This document shows, piece by piece, positions 39,301 to 53,144 of a DNA stretch of 64,000 nt (position 1 is the stretch's first letter; every line of letters begins with the position of its first letter). Source of the DNA: Octopus vulgaris (Eukaryota); the NCBI GenBank assembly GCA_951406725.2, contig OX597819.1:15252001-15316000 (forward strand). Direction: 5' to 3'. The position numbers and the translations under genes are program-made. The notes below the pieces were generated by a model, which saw nothing but the letters and a program-made list of their open reading frames with translations, searched no databases and had not been told where the DNA came from.

Positions 39301-39693
39301 TCTTTATATATAAAAGAGAGGTTGTGTACTGTCTGTCTCCTACGATTTAAATTCCTAACTACTCCCACATTTTGCAGTGCAGTTTAACCAAAACCGGGTA
39401 TCTTATAGTCATGATTCATATCGAGCCTTTCTGGGTATTAGCACGCGTCTACGATGAGTCTACGATTTTAAAAAAATTTACCATCAATTTTTCCCATTTT
39501 TAATGCATTTTTGGCATATATAAGGGAAGTAACTCCCTAAAAATTTATTATTAAATCTCAGAACGTAAAAAGCTACAGTAACACCCCCTTTGTGGTTAGC
39601 CATATTGAGATGGCTATTATACTTTACATCTCTAAAAATGCTTATATAGTTATTTTCCTTACAAACCCGAGCAACGCCGGGCGATACTGCTTG
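39301..39693 (+). mobile_element. Non-autonomous Helitron
   Basis: 5' TCTTTATATATAAAAG after an A; 3' GC hairpin CCCGAGCAACGCCGGG ~12 nt before terminal CTTG (decayed CTAG), followed by T; no TSD. Confidence 0.7.
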
Positions 39694-42585
39694 TATATAT
39701 ATATATTTATATATATATATATATATATAAATATATGTGCATAGTGATAATGCACCCTAAATCTAATAATGTCTTACTCCTTGTATCAATAAAACGAACC
39801 TTTGTTTTTGCTTCACCAGTTTTATTCTGCTTAAATTTACTCTGAACCCAGTGAATAAATTTAAATTGAATTTATATTTAATTGTAAACAATCAAGAGTG
39901 GGTGGGGAAAACTCGTTTTCTTAATGATTCATTCCTGAAACTGGTAGTGTGGGTTGGTGTAGGTGTTAACACATGCTATAAAAGCACTTCGGATTGATCA
40001 AAAACCTTTCTTGATGCTAAAATCTGAAAACGCCCAGTTGCCTGATCGACCTTAGTGATAATTTGAACTCCCTCCACAGGCACATCAGTTTCACAAACAA
40101 ATATATCTCTTGGTTATATCATTATTTATTAACAAGCCATAAATTACATTTCAAATAGCTTTTCCTTTTTTTTTTTTAATGGTTTTAATACTGTTGTAAT
40201 CTAATTGTGATTATTTTTTAAAAATTAATTTAGTTTTTACGGTGTTATATAATTGTTTTTTTTTTCTTTTTAAATGAAATCTGAAAAAAAATACATAAAC
40301 AAAATTTTAAAAAATATATTACAAAATATTTAATTTCCATAAATAATAATAATGAAATAACTCCAAATATAGGAAGGAAAGCAGTAATTAGTTGCTTATT
40401 ATTGTAGAGACAACTAATATAGGTGACCTTGTACTATTATTTCTGTTGGTTGAAGGCAATGATGGTGATGTGCTACATGTTTCGGACACAAGTGGAACAA
40501 CTCGCTTGCTTGCTACTCACCACTGGCTATTTTTCCCCTCCATCACACCACCACCACCACCACTCTAGCTATATTCACTGCTATAGTCACTCTAGCTGAT
40601 CACTCGCTCACCGAGTTTTACTATTACTACACATATGTTGGTCAGTAATAAAAATTGGTCTTGTCCTTCCTTCCCGTCTTCCTTGGATGTTGTCTCTGCT
40701 TAGTTCTGGTGTTACCTACTGTGTGGGGTAAAATAAAGGGGGATAGATCAACAAGCACTGATGCCTTTAAAAGGCCATGGATTTAATATGACTAAGGAAT
40801 AGCTGTTGTTTTGTTGTTTGTAATCAGTTTTTTTTTCTAAATATATATATATTCCTATTTGTGGAAAGTCTTCTTGTACAATATCACATATACACCTTCA
40901 GTTCATCACTTTATTTAAATACATATAGATACCTTTGTGTGTGTCTACACACACTTGTGTATATAAATGCGTACATATATATACATATATATATATGTGT
41001 ATGTATGCAGGTAATTGCTCATGTGTTTATCATCATAATCACCATCCTTTATTGCAAATACCCAGCATTATCAGGGTTTTATTGATAACTAAAATAATTG
41101 TTATCACATGAATTTATTTTAATGCTGACAATCTTTGGATGGTCTGGGAATATTGATTCTCTTGGAAGTATTGCATCAAAAACATTCCTTATTTATGAAA
41201 TCACATAGCTTATTGCTTCTTAAGCAATGATTCAGCTACCTAGATGGAAGACTGGTCTATAACTTGAACTTACAGCCATTCTCTTAACATATATTGAGTT
41301 TTATATCATCATCATCATCGTTTAACGTCCGCTTTCCATGCTAGCATAGGTTGGACGGTTCAACCAGGGTCTGGGAAGCCAGGAGGCTGCACTAGGCCCA
41401 GTCTCATCTGGCAGTGTTTCTACAGCTGGATGCCCTTCCTAACGCCAACCACTCTGTGAGTGTAGTGGGTGATTTTTACATGCCACCAGCACAGGTGCCA
41501 GGGGAGGCTGGCAACGGCCATGATCGGCTGGTGCTTTTTACGTGCCACCAGTACGGAGGCCAGTCGAGGCTGGCGCTGGCAACGGTCATGTTTGGATGGT
41601 TCTTTTACATGCACTGGTATCACAACTACAATCTGTGTATATGTCTATGTATCTGTTTTATCTACTTAATTGCTATTTTAGAATTTACTATGACTGTCTA
41701 CGTACTCAGTGGCAAAGTTTTAAAGATAAAAATAAAGCAACTTTTCATGTAACTTTATACAATTATGTTCACTCTTTACATTTTAAGGCCTTGCAGGCTT
41801 TTGTTGTTGCAGGAAATTCAAATGCATGCAAACAGGCAGGACAATTTCTATGGTGCAATAAAAACTCCTTATCGTCTTTAAGATTTATTCTTTGGCACCA
41901 TCAGACAGCATTTCTTTATTGAAAGACCTGTGCGCATTAGTAGAGCACCAAGGAGACCATTTGAGCCAATCCCTAAGCAAGCCCTAAACTTATGGCTCTG
42001 ACAATCATGGAAGAATTTTGTTAAGTGCTCAGCCTTCACCATTTCCATCATCATCATTTGATGTCTGTTTTCCATGTTGGTTTGGATTGGATGGTTTGAC
42101 AGGAGCTGGAAAACTGGAGCACTGCACCAGGCTCCACATATGTTTTAACGGCGTTTCTATGACTAGATGCCCTTCCTAATGCCAGTCACATTATGGAATG
42201 TACTGGATGGTTTTTACATGGCACCAGCCTGGGTGCTTTTTATGTGGCACCAGCATTCATGAGCTCACAAGACAAGGACCTTGCAGCTGAGAGAGAGAGA
42301 GAGTGGAACCAAGAGATTAGAGTATGACAGAGGGACGGCAATAGCCCTCTTATTATTGAGGAGGTACTTGGTTACCCAAGTAGGATAAAGAAAGAAAGGA
42401 AGATGGGAGAAAGTTAGAGAGTGAGATAAAGAAAATAGGGAACACTAGGGATATTATAAGTAGTACAGAGAGGATAGGGGGAGAGGTTTAGAGATAACAG
42501 CTTTTTTGACTGGACAGTATTCCAGTTGATCCTGAGAGAGGGTGGTTACTTCTGTACAACATTTCATTGCTTCACTGAAATATTG

Positions 42586-42925
42586 CTGAGACCCCCTTCA
42601 GTCATGACTGACCATGGAATTGCACCTAGAAAGTTGCCCTCCCAAGCACAAGTCCGGGCAAAGTTGTTTATGAAAGAACAACAGTCGCCCATGCATACCG
42701 GCCTTCCCTCTCCACGCCACCGATGTTATCCAAGGGAAAGGCAAAGGGGCCGATACAGCTTGGCACCTATGCTGTTGCAACTCATTTCTGCAGCTGAGTG
42801 AACTGGAGCAACGTGAAATAAAGTGTCTTGCTCAAGAACACAACATGCAGCCCAGTCCAGGATTCGAACTCACAGCCTCATGATCGTAAGCTCGATGCTC
42901 TAACCCCTGAGCCATGTGCCTTCAC
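42586..42925 (-). mobile_element. CORE-like SINE with an alternative 3' tail
   Basis: Head and central domain shared with family C but a different 3' half; flanked by the repeat CTTCACTGAAATAT (42571, 42920). Confidence 0.75.
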
Positions 42926-43328
42926 TGAAATATAATAGTGCAATTTTATAACAAGAATAAGAGAAATAAGTCAGTTTGGTCCAGCAGTATGTAACACTTG
43001 TGGGTCCTGATTGAGGTCCAGTCAACATAAGGGAATATCACACCACTGGTCATCGCAGTGTGGCTTCTGCAGGGACTCGGCTATAGGAGACATGAGCCTT
43101 GTTGCTAGGAAGCTTCGGATTGAAATTATAACAACCATACCAGGAGCTGTGCATTGCATTTGTGGATTTATTAGTGGCTTTGACTCAGTAAATGAGGAAC
43201 TTTGGTGGGGTTGTCAATGAAACTTTAGTTGTCCAACCGAATTTGTGAATTTTGTAAATGCCAGTTTCACACAGTGAGTTACTGGAGGGCTGTGTGTGTA
43301 TTTGCATGCGTTTGTGCAAATACCTGCA

Positions 43329-43702
43329 CAGGCATAGCTGTGTGGTAAGAAGTTTGCTTCTCAACTCCATGGGTCTGAGTTCAGTCTCATTGTGTGGCAC
43401 CTTATGTGTTTTCTATTAAAGCCTCAGGCTGACCAAAGCCTTGTGAGTGGTCTTGGTAGATGGAAACTGAAAGCCTGTTGCGTGTGTGTTTGTCTCTTAC
43501 CACCGCTTAGCAACCGGTGTTGGTGCGTTTATATCCCTGTAAGTTATCGGTTTGGCAAAAGAGATCGATAGAATAAGTACCAGACTTTAAAAATAAAAGA
43601 AAAAAACAGAAGAAAAGGTACAGGGGTTGATTTATTCGACTATAAATTCTTGGAGGCAGTGCTCCAGCATGGTAGCAGTCTACCGACTGAAACAAGATAG
43701 AA
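43329..43702 (+). mobile_element. SINE family A copy (older)
   Basis: Homology to 2296-2690. Confidence 0.75.
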
Positions 43703-46198
43703 AAGCACACGTGTGTGTGTGTGTGTGTGTGCAACTGATGTCTGAAATGAAAGCAAACGATGTTACACATGCTGACTGCATGTTCGTTATTTTACGGTCT
43801 GATAAACCTACAGATCTGAGATGGTTGGAAGATGAAGGGGTGTGAGTGAGTGAGGTGAGGCTTGAACCTGTGCAATATGATGGAATGTAGGTTGTTTGTG
43901 TGTGTGTGCATTTCAGTGTTAGACTTCTGACTGGATCAATAAACCTCCTCCTGCTTCTACACACACACACACACACACACTTTCACTTTACCAGCTGGAC
44001 CATGATGAACCTTTCTTCTCTCTCTCTCTCTCTCATCCTTTCTCTTCTTCTTCTCTAGTCATCCTTCATACTATCTGTTGCAGTTCTGTTCATTTTAATT
44101 AACAAACTGTTTCTTCCTCTTTCTAGCACTCGCTTTCTGTCTTTCTCCCCCTCCATCTCTCAATTTATTTGTTTGTCTGCCTCCCTCCCTCTCCACCTTC
44201 CATATGCCCCACCCACCCACCCTTCTGTCTCCCCCACCCACCTCTTCTGTCTCTCCCCCTTTGCCCTTTTCTTTCTTCCCTATATAAGTCTATCCCTCCC
44301 TCTCTCCACTTTGCTTGCTTTCATCTGTACTTTTTTCCCCTCCTTCTCTTATGCCCCCTCCCCTCTCTTTAGTTCATATGCTAATACTCATCTGAAAAAC
44401 AAATTACACACACACACACACACACTCTGTAAGATTTGTGAAAATGTCACTACCTTCAACCTCCTTTCAACATGCGCCCCCTTCCTTCTCCAAATATATG
44501 TTGGGATAGTAATGATATACTTTTGTCTTACCTCCAGTGTGGGAGTCTTCCCCCAACCACGCACACCTTTTTAGAAAGTGCGCGCATGCATCTATGTGTG
44601 TGTGTGTGTCTGAATAAATATCATTTGTATATAGGCCAAAAGAGATAATTGCTTTTATTTTCCTGTATTTTTTTCAAAAAAAATAACATTTGTTTTTTTC
44701 TTCTGTTTCATATTTTATTAAATATTAATGATATCATATCTCGTGAGTCACATTGTTAGAAAACTGGTTCTAACAATGATGAGTGTGTGTGTTTGTGTGT
44801 GTGCTCCTCTGTATGTGTATGTCTGCCTCTAAAAACAAAGTTTTTCTCTTATTATAGTTATTTGATAGTGAAAAGGTGAAAGTTGTTTACCAAAAAATAT
44901 AGTTAGTTCTGGTGATCCCTGGGTTTATATCTAAATATTGACCCTCATAATTGATTAAATATTGATTGGTATTAAACTAAATCTAGTGCTGTGACATCAT
45001 GGCCAGATGCTTAGGTCCTTGCTTAAAATCTGCTGCAGCTGTTTCATTATATTTCAGCTGAATAAGCTCACCTCCCTCAAGGAAGTATGTAGGCCCCTGA
45101 ATTTCTAGGATGCTTGTTGATGATAGATCAACATCTGCTCACAAGAGAAATATCAGGTGTTGGTTGTAATAGGATGAAAAATTAAACAACTGGTCTAATG
45201 GATGTCCTCATTCCCACCAATCATTGAGAAGATTAATTATTAATCGGATTTCAATCTGAATTGAGTATTTAGATGTGTGTTGTCTGTACGCTTCATATGA
45301 ATTCACTTTTATAATATCCTGTAATTGGAGGAAATTAGCGAGGGAGTAAAATATAAAAATTCTTCATGTAGAGGAAGTTCATGTTTGAGCCAATAAGTGA
45401 GTCTCTGTGAAGGCACTTAGCTTGCAAGAAATAGCAGCCTAGTTCTTTCGGATCATTTGCTACTGTCTTAAAGTTGAAAAGACACTTTAGCTAATGTAGT
45501 CTGATCTATATTAAGCATGGGGAAAATGGATGTTAAATTAACGGATATATATATCATTAATGTGGGTTTTTTTTTTAGGAAGCGTTACTTGTCACATAGG
45601 TATATGCCAAGCTAAATAAAAGATTACTAATTTTAATTTTTGTAATCATGTAATATATAATTACATTATATATGGTAAACAGTACTGGTGATGGTGCCAT
45701 GTAAAAAGCACCTAGTACACTCTGTGAAGTGGCTGGCATTAGGAAGGGCATCCATTTGTAGAAACCCTGCCAAAACAGACAACAGAACCTGGTGTGGCTC
45801 CTGGCCTTGCCAACTCTTGTCAAACCGTCCAACCCATGCCAGCATGGGAAACAGATATCAACTGATAAGGATGAATTGCCTTGTTTCACTAAATTTGTCC
45901 TGCATGTGACACTGTCATTCCAATGAAGCTGTTAAAAATTATTCTAATCGCTTCATTGAAACAGCAGTGGATATATACTAATATTTATCTTGTAATTAAA
46001 TGGTTTAGACTGTTAATGTACTTTAGTTGTTGACTTGACACTTTCTCTAATCAGCTGTTTCAATTTAATGCTTGTCTTCTTCATTTGGCCTATCTGACCT
46101 CTGAAATGAAGGCCCACATAATTTTGGGGTTATACTATTGTGGGTCTTTGACTCACTAATAAAGACCCACCTCATTTGTTCCTTAAAAGGAATATTAA

Positions 46199-46662
46199 CC
46201 CTTTCATTACTGTATTTATTTTGAGATGCTCTGTGTTTCTTTCAATTACTTTAAATATAACAAAGAATTTAGTAAAATAACTTAGTTATCATTAAGTTAG
46301 TGTTAGGAACATAGGTTGTGACTAAGGTTTGGTGGAAAATTTTAATTCAAAACTTATGAAAACAAGACATTTGTACTACAGAGCCAGAGCCAGTTTCAGC
46401 CGGGTTGGTATCAAAAGGGTTAAGAATTGTTTGTCTATTATATATTTTAACCCTTTTGTTATCCTATTTCTGTTGAGATGCTCTGTGTTTCTTTCAATTA
46501 ATTTTAAATGTAATAAAGAATTTAGTAAAATAACTTGGTTATCTATCATTCAGCTAGTATTAGGAACATAAATGTTTGGAAGATTTTAATTGTAAACTTA
46601 AGAAAACAAGACATTTATACTCAGAGCCAGAGCCGGTTTCAGCTGGGTTGGTAACGAAAGGG
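46199..46662. mobile_element. Two adjacent piggyBac-type MITEs (family 2): 46199-46419 and 46451-46662
   Basis: Each TTAA-CCCTTT...AAAGGG-TTAA; a third inverted copy at ~48555-48945 is split by a (GAT)n-tailed repeat. Confidence 0.85.
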
Positions 46663-47104
46663 TTAAACTTAGAACAAGGGTAAACTTAGAACAAGGAATG
46701 AAGTTTGTTGATTGCTTTTTATAGTGTTAGCTTTCCAATTATTAAACTATTATCTAAAAGGCAGTGGAACAGTAGCAGAAGCAGTCGAGCAACAAATTAA
46801 ATGCTTTGTTGTATTTAGATAAGGCTATTTACATTTTATGTTCAAATAAAACTGAGGTCAGTCTATTTTTTTCATTGTATTTTGGTAAAAAGTCAGAGGA
46901 AGCAGTATAAAAAAAAAAAAAGTATCATTAGGCTGAACCACTTTCTACAAACACAGTGATATGGAACCCCTTATCTTGCATCGAAAGAAAAATCTTCTAC
47001 TAATGCATGATCCCAGCAGTGATTTCTGGATTTGAACTGTGGATCTTAACAGTGGAAACAGAAGGGAATCTCAAAATGGAATGCTCACTGTATAACATGT
47101 ACAT

Positions 47105-47504
47105 ACTCTTTACTCTTTTACTTGTTTCAGTCATTTGACTGCGGCCATGCTGGAGCACCGCCTTTAGTCGAGCAACTCAACCCCGGGACTTATTCTTTTT
47201 GTAAGCCCAGTACTTATTCTATCGGTCTCTTTTTGCCGAACCACTAAGTGACGGGGACGTAAACACACCAGCATCAGTTGTCAAGCAATGCTAGGGGAAC
47301 AAACACAGACACACACATACATACGTATATATACATATATACGACAGGCTTCTTTCAGTTTCCGTCTACCAAATCCACTCACAAGGCATTGGTCGGCCCG
47401 GGGCTATAGCAGAAGACACTTGCCCAAGATGCCACACAGTGGGACTGAACCCAGAACCATGTGGTTGGTAAACAAGCTACTTACCACACAGCCACTCCTG
47501 CGCC
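47105..47504 (-). mobile_element. SINE family A copy
   Basis: Full-length homology to 2296-2690. Confidence 0.85.
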
Positions 47505-48110
47505 AGAAGCACAAACAAATAAGAGAACATATGAAGGTAGAAGGAAGTGCATAGCTTAGGGGTTCGGGTGTTACTCTCATGATTATAAGATAGTGGTTTC
47601 GATTCCTGGACCAGGCAATGAGTTGTGTTCTTAAAACACTTCATTTCACATGGCTCTGGTCCATTCATCTGGTGAAATTATACAGCAAAGAACCTGGGGA
47701 ACCAGCCCTATGCTTCTTATGGAGTAATGTGGACTAAGGTGAATGATATGTTTTAAAGACAATTCCATTCTTTGGCATTAGTTGTTGTTTTAACCCTTGG
47801 TCAATCTTGATCAAGCAAACATGATCAAAGATGTTCCAGCCATGATCACACCATTTTTTAATTCTTTCCAGACATATCTCATGAAACACCTCCACGTGTC
47901 CTTTTTATTTTTAAAGATGCTTGAATTGGGGGAGATTGGCTGTTATTTCTATGCGGCAGTGACCACAAAGAAGCTCTCACATTATTTCCTAAATTTTCCA
48001 GTAGCTTCAGTTCTTGATCACTATTCTTTTCACCTTTTACTTTCTTTTGACTTGTTCAGAAAAGGAACATAACAAAGTCCTTTTGTTCAAGTCTCTTGCC
48101 AGAAAAATTC

Positions 48111-48508
48111 TTATTACCTCCACCAAGGAAAGAGGTTATGTTTTCATTGGCGTTGGTTTGTCCGTCTATGTGCAATATAACTCAAAAAGTTGTGAACGAT
48201 ATTTGATGAAACTTGCAGGAAAAGTTGGTAATGACACACGGAACAGATGATGAAATTTTGGTAGTGATCTGGGAATTTGTATGGTTTCTTGAAGGATTTT
48301 TCATTTGTTATATTTACTTTACATGAAATATTACAATGTTACGTTCTTTGATTATCTCCCTTGAAAACATGTTCATCGTTTCCATGTAACCTATGGCAGC
48401 ATTGCTGTTTCCAAAGTTTTTCATTTCTCTATTTGTAATTTTACTAGCATATCTATCTTAAAATGAGCTGCTTGGTGGAGGTCTGCGCTCTCTGAGTGCT
48501 TTTCTAGT
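48111..48508 (+). mobile_element. Non-autonomous element with asymmetric sub-terminal inverted repeats (Helentron/HINE- or CryptonV-type)
   Basis: 5' TTATTACCTCCACCAAG, 3' CTTGGTGGAGGT, hairpin GCGCTCTCTGAGTGC, then TTTTCTAGT; matching 3' end on minus at ~58257-58300. Confidence 0.65.
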
Positions 48509-50189
48509 TTCAGTAATTCTTCTCTTTGTTTAAGAATAGTTTACTGGAGATGGTTTAACCTGGCCAAAGCTGCCTCTAGCTCTGTAGTACAAATGTTTTG
48601 TTTTCATAAGTTTTGAATAAAAATCCTTCCACCAAACTTTAGTCACAATTTATGTTCCTAACACCAGCTTAATGATAACCAGGTTCATCATCGTCGTTGT
48701 TTAACATCTGTTTTCTATGCCGGCATGGGTTGGATGGTTTGACTGAGGTCTGGAGAGCCAGCAGCTGCACCAGGCTCCAATCTGATTGGGCAATGTTTCT
48801 ACAGCTGTATGTCCTTCCTAATGCCAACTTCTCTGAGAGTGTAGTGGGTGCTTTTTACATGCCACCTTTACTAAATTCTTTGTTATATTTTAAATTAATT
48901 GAAAGAAACACAGAGCATCTCAAAATAAATACAGTAACGAAAGGGTTAATTAGTAATTTGGTTCTGATGTATTTCATGCTTACATGACTTGATGTTTCTT
49001 CTACTATTAATTTTTGGTTTCTTTTGTGCAGGTCAGTCCTAATTGAGCAGACCTGTAATTAAAGGCATTCCATCCATGACCATTTAATTTTTTTTTTGTA
49101 TTCCATTGTCCAATGTATATTTCCTTTTGTTAATCCTTTAGCATTTAAATCAGCCATATCTGGTCAAAATGTTCTTGCTATTTTATGTTCAAACTGACCA
49201 GATCTAGCCTCTCACACCTACCCTACAATGTCATTCTTGAAATAAGCAATCACATCATCTAAATCTCAAAGGGTTAATGCAGTTGGTTAATTTGAAGGTG
49301 ATTTGGTTGTCATTTCTGTCAGCTCAAGAGACCAGCAAGAGATAACTTCATTGGTTGTATGTTTATCAATACATACAAGGTAGAATGGCATAAATAGTAG
49401 AGTACTGTGTTGTATTTAATTTTTTCTTGTTGAGATCCCAACTGGGCCAACCACTTCTCATGTGTTTGTGGTATAATACCCATCCTTTATAAAAGTTTCG
49501 GCCTTGTACTATTGTTAGAGATGGTTGTTATTAATTTTTGCTTTTTGTCTTTCCAGCAGGGTGAGGTGTTAATAAGTACCAGTAATATACCAAACCCAAT
49601 ATAATTGACTGTCCTTCCCCATGACATTATAGTTTTGTATCTGTTGGAAATTATTGATTGTCTGTGCATAATCTGAAAGTATTTATGCCAAATAGCAGCA
49701 TTTCCTTTCATCACCGTCATTGTTTAACATCCATTTAATGTCAGCATTGATAATGAGGGAAGTTTAAGATGGGGTTTCATTCATCACCATCCACAATCCT
49801 ACCAGATTCTGTGAATCACGCTTTTATTTGTTCTGTTTTTCTGAAGTTTATTGAAGCATGTTGTGTAGGTCTGCTCTATAAGTTCAACAGTATCTAGCGC
49901 ACTTTATTAAATGTAAAGTTGACAGAAAAACAGACGTCTCTTATCTATGTCTACCTTGATCCTAATATACGATAACTTAGAGAGGTCCAAACATACAACC
50001 TTTTGTTGTTATCTCTGTTTCATTGTTACAGTAATTTATAGCTTTATTAATTTGTATGAAAATTAGAATTTAAGTAGCAAGGAACATCCAACTCAAAGAT
50101 CACAAGTTCAAACACCTCTAGGCAAAATATTAGAAAATGTATTTGTGGTCTATACATAAACAATAGCCATATGTGGTGCATCATATCTA

Positions 50190-50560
50190 ATCTTGGCTTT
50201 CCGAAACACATCACTGGTTTCATCAAACAGCTTTACAGTCAGAGAAGAAACTTGCATTTAAGTAAATGATGAGGATACAGAAAAGCTTAAAAAGTGGGTA
50301 GGTGGTTTGTCAAGGCTGTGTTCTTTCTCCATGTTTCTTCTACATTGAGTGGAGAATACAAGAAGCAATACATGAAGAAGATAGCATCAAGCTACATGGA
50401 TTGCATATTTCTAATCTAAGGTATGCAAATGATACTGCTCTACTTGCCAAGACTGAAACTGGATTACAAGAATTGAGAGGGTTGAGAGGGCATCACATAT
50501 GCATGGTCTCTATCTCAACTGTATGAAAATAAAAACCATGGTAGCAGGAAAAGAGAAAGT
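50190..50560 (+). mobile_element. RTE LINE reverse transcriptase fragment
   Basis: GFPKHITGFIKQLY..VCQGCVLSPCFF..ISNLRYANDTALLA (decayed YADD). Confidence 0.8.
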
Positions 50561-51602
50561 AAATGTTAACATAAACTGGGCAACACAACCAAAGAACTCA
50601 GACGATTGGCAAACCCATATACAGAACATTACTGAAAGTATATCACCAAAAACAGGATTAATCTAGTCGTTGATTACACAAATCACAAGTGAGGCTCTCA
50701 TTGTCGTTGTCATTGTTTAATGCCTGCCTTCCATGCTAACGTGGGTGGGATGGTTTCACAGAGCCAGCCAGGCAGAAGCCTGCATCAGACTTCTGTGACT
50801 GTTTTGGCAGGATTTTTACAGCTGGATGCCCTTCCTAACATCAACCATTCAGCAGAGTGGACTCAGTGCTTTTTACGTGGCACAAGCACAGGCGAGGTCA
50901 GTTTTGGTAAGGTTTTTGATAGCTGGATGCCCTTCCAAACACCAACCACTTTACAATGTGGACTGGGTGTTTTTAATTGACACCTGCCCTGACAGGGTCA
51001 CCACATACTTGCAAGATAAAAAAAAAATTGAGAGGGGAGGGGCATTGGAGGAGGTGTTCTGTTGTCGGATGAAAGGCTATACTGAGACAAACAGGTGCTT
51101 TTGCTGTAGAGGAAGTAGGTTACCCAGCTGGTGAGAGAGTGAGAGATCAGGAATGAAGACAGGGACAGGTGTGCTACCACTATGGTGCAATTGTTTCACA
51201 TACACACATTCTAGATCCAATACAAAATAATGAAATCTGATTTATTCATCAGTATACTTAAACAAAGTACATTTATTAATGAACAGCTTCTCCTTGCTTT
51301 CACTGATTTTTCCAGAAGCTTCTGTTCCTCTCAACTTGTGAACTACACACTCCCCACCTTCTGACCCATGTGACTCGTTTGTCTCTCCTCCTCCCATCAC
51401 ATCATATCTCCTCTTCCAGATGCTGCATTAACCAATTCACCCAATCGTTTTTTTCTAGAGCTGCATACTCACCTCATGTCTTTCCTAATCTACATTTTTG
51501 CTGCAAATGTCAACTGACACATATTCAATCTGAACATCAAGGACCTCCAAAGGTCATGTTTATTATTCTGCCTCCTCTGACTAGATTCCTAGGAATAGTA
51601 TA

Positions 51603-51835
51603 CCTATTTCTTTATTACCCACAAGGGGCTAAACACAAAGGGAACAAACAAGGACAGACATAGGTATTAAGTCGATTACATTGACCCCAGTTCGTAACTG
51701 GTACTAAATTTATCAACCCCGAAAGGATGAAAGGCAAAGTCGACCTCGGCGGAATTTGAACTCACAACGTAACGCAGACAAAATACCGCTAAGCATTTCG
51801 CCCAGCGTGCTAACGTTTCTGCCAGCTCGCCGCCT
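51603..51835 (-). mobile_element. SINE family B copy with long flanking direct repeat
   Basis: ATTCCTAGGAATAGTATACCTATT at 51585-51608 and 51839-51862. Confidence 0.85.
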
Positions 51836-53144
51836 TATATTCCTAGGAATAGTATACCTATTCCTCATGGGCTTAACCGAGGCATATAGAATTAAAAGCA
51901 CCTTTCCAAATACACAAAAGCATGCTATGGATTTGAACTCCTTGCCTCAGTTGGTAGACATATAATACCTACTGAACCACTCCTCTTTTGTATTCTTTTA
52001 CTCATTCATCTTCACTGAAACTTCAGTGATTGTGAGGAAACCAAAAGTTCCAAATATGCTAAAGTATCTTGTTGACTGGCTTGCTAGTCGAATCTCCTTC
52101 AAATCACACCCCCACCATCTTAAAAGAAAACTATATTGAACAAATGTTCTAGATACAAAATAAGATGGGATGGTCACTGTAAGAATACCTTTAATCATAG
52201 TCTTGCTTGATCAGCGCTGACATGGAGTAAAACAAGAACTTGGACTGCTAAAATAAATTAATATGATTGGTCGTTTGGGGCGGACATGAGAAAAACTGCT
52301 GAATACATAGTTCTCTTAAATGTAGTCATTAGCACTTCAGTTTATAATTTACATGGAAATATATACCCCATATTAATAGGATATAGGCAATTAATCAATG
52401 CCATGGTTGTGGCATAAAACAGTCTAATTGCTAATAATGTTCTTAGAATAGTATTTTATTCCCCCCCCCCTTTATTGGGGTTGATGTCAGGCTGGGCATC
52501 CAGCTGTAATGTTATCCAACAACATAGTCTTGCAGTTCATATTACTATATTTTTGCACTTTGAGAGCATGACTATTGTAACCAGCCACACATTTATAGAC
52601 AATGTAAGCACAAATGGGTGGATGTTAAATAGATTTTTCTTTTTTGTTTTGTTTTGTGCAAAAAAGACATTAGTGAATATTAGTTGCTGAAAGAATTGTC
52701 CTAAATTCCTTCTCATTGCTATTTCTGGCTACAATTCCATTGCTTATATCATTGAATAAATATAGTAACCGATTCCTTCTATTACATATTCCATCATTTA
52801 ACATCCATGTTCCATGCTGGTTTGACAAGAACCGATGCGTTCAAGAACTGCATTGTACCTCACTGTCTACTTTGGCATGGTTTCTATGGTTGGATGCTTT
52901 TCGGATGCCAACCACTTTGCAGTGTGTTCTGTGTGCTTTTTTTTTTTTTATGAAGAATCTTTAAGTAATGAAGGTTTAAAAGTATGAGAAAAGGGGCCAG
53001 AACAGAACAGGCTTCTTGCTGTAGAGGGGCTACATGGATACTCTAATCCTTTATTAAATATTAGAACTGCAGCATATGTCTAAGTTACATAGGACATACC
53101 ACCTAAATTTAGAATTGGACTTGATATATTGCTTACAAAATTGT

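Noticed and set aside
46140-46170. 10-bp stem hairpin GTGGGTCTTT/AAAGACCCAC
   Set aside because: Too short for a pre-miRNA and plausible by chance.
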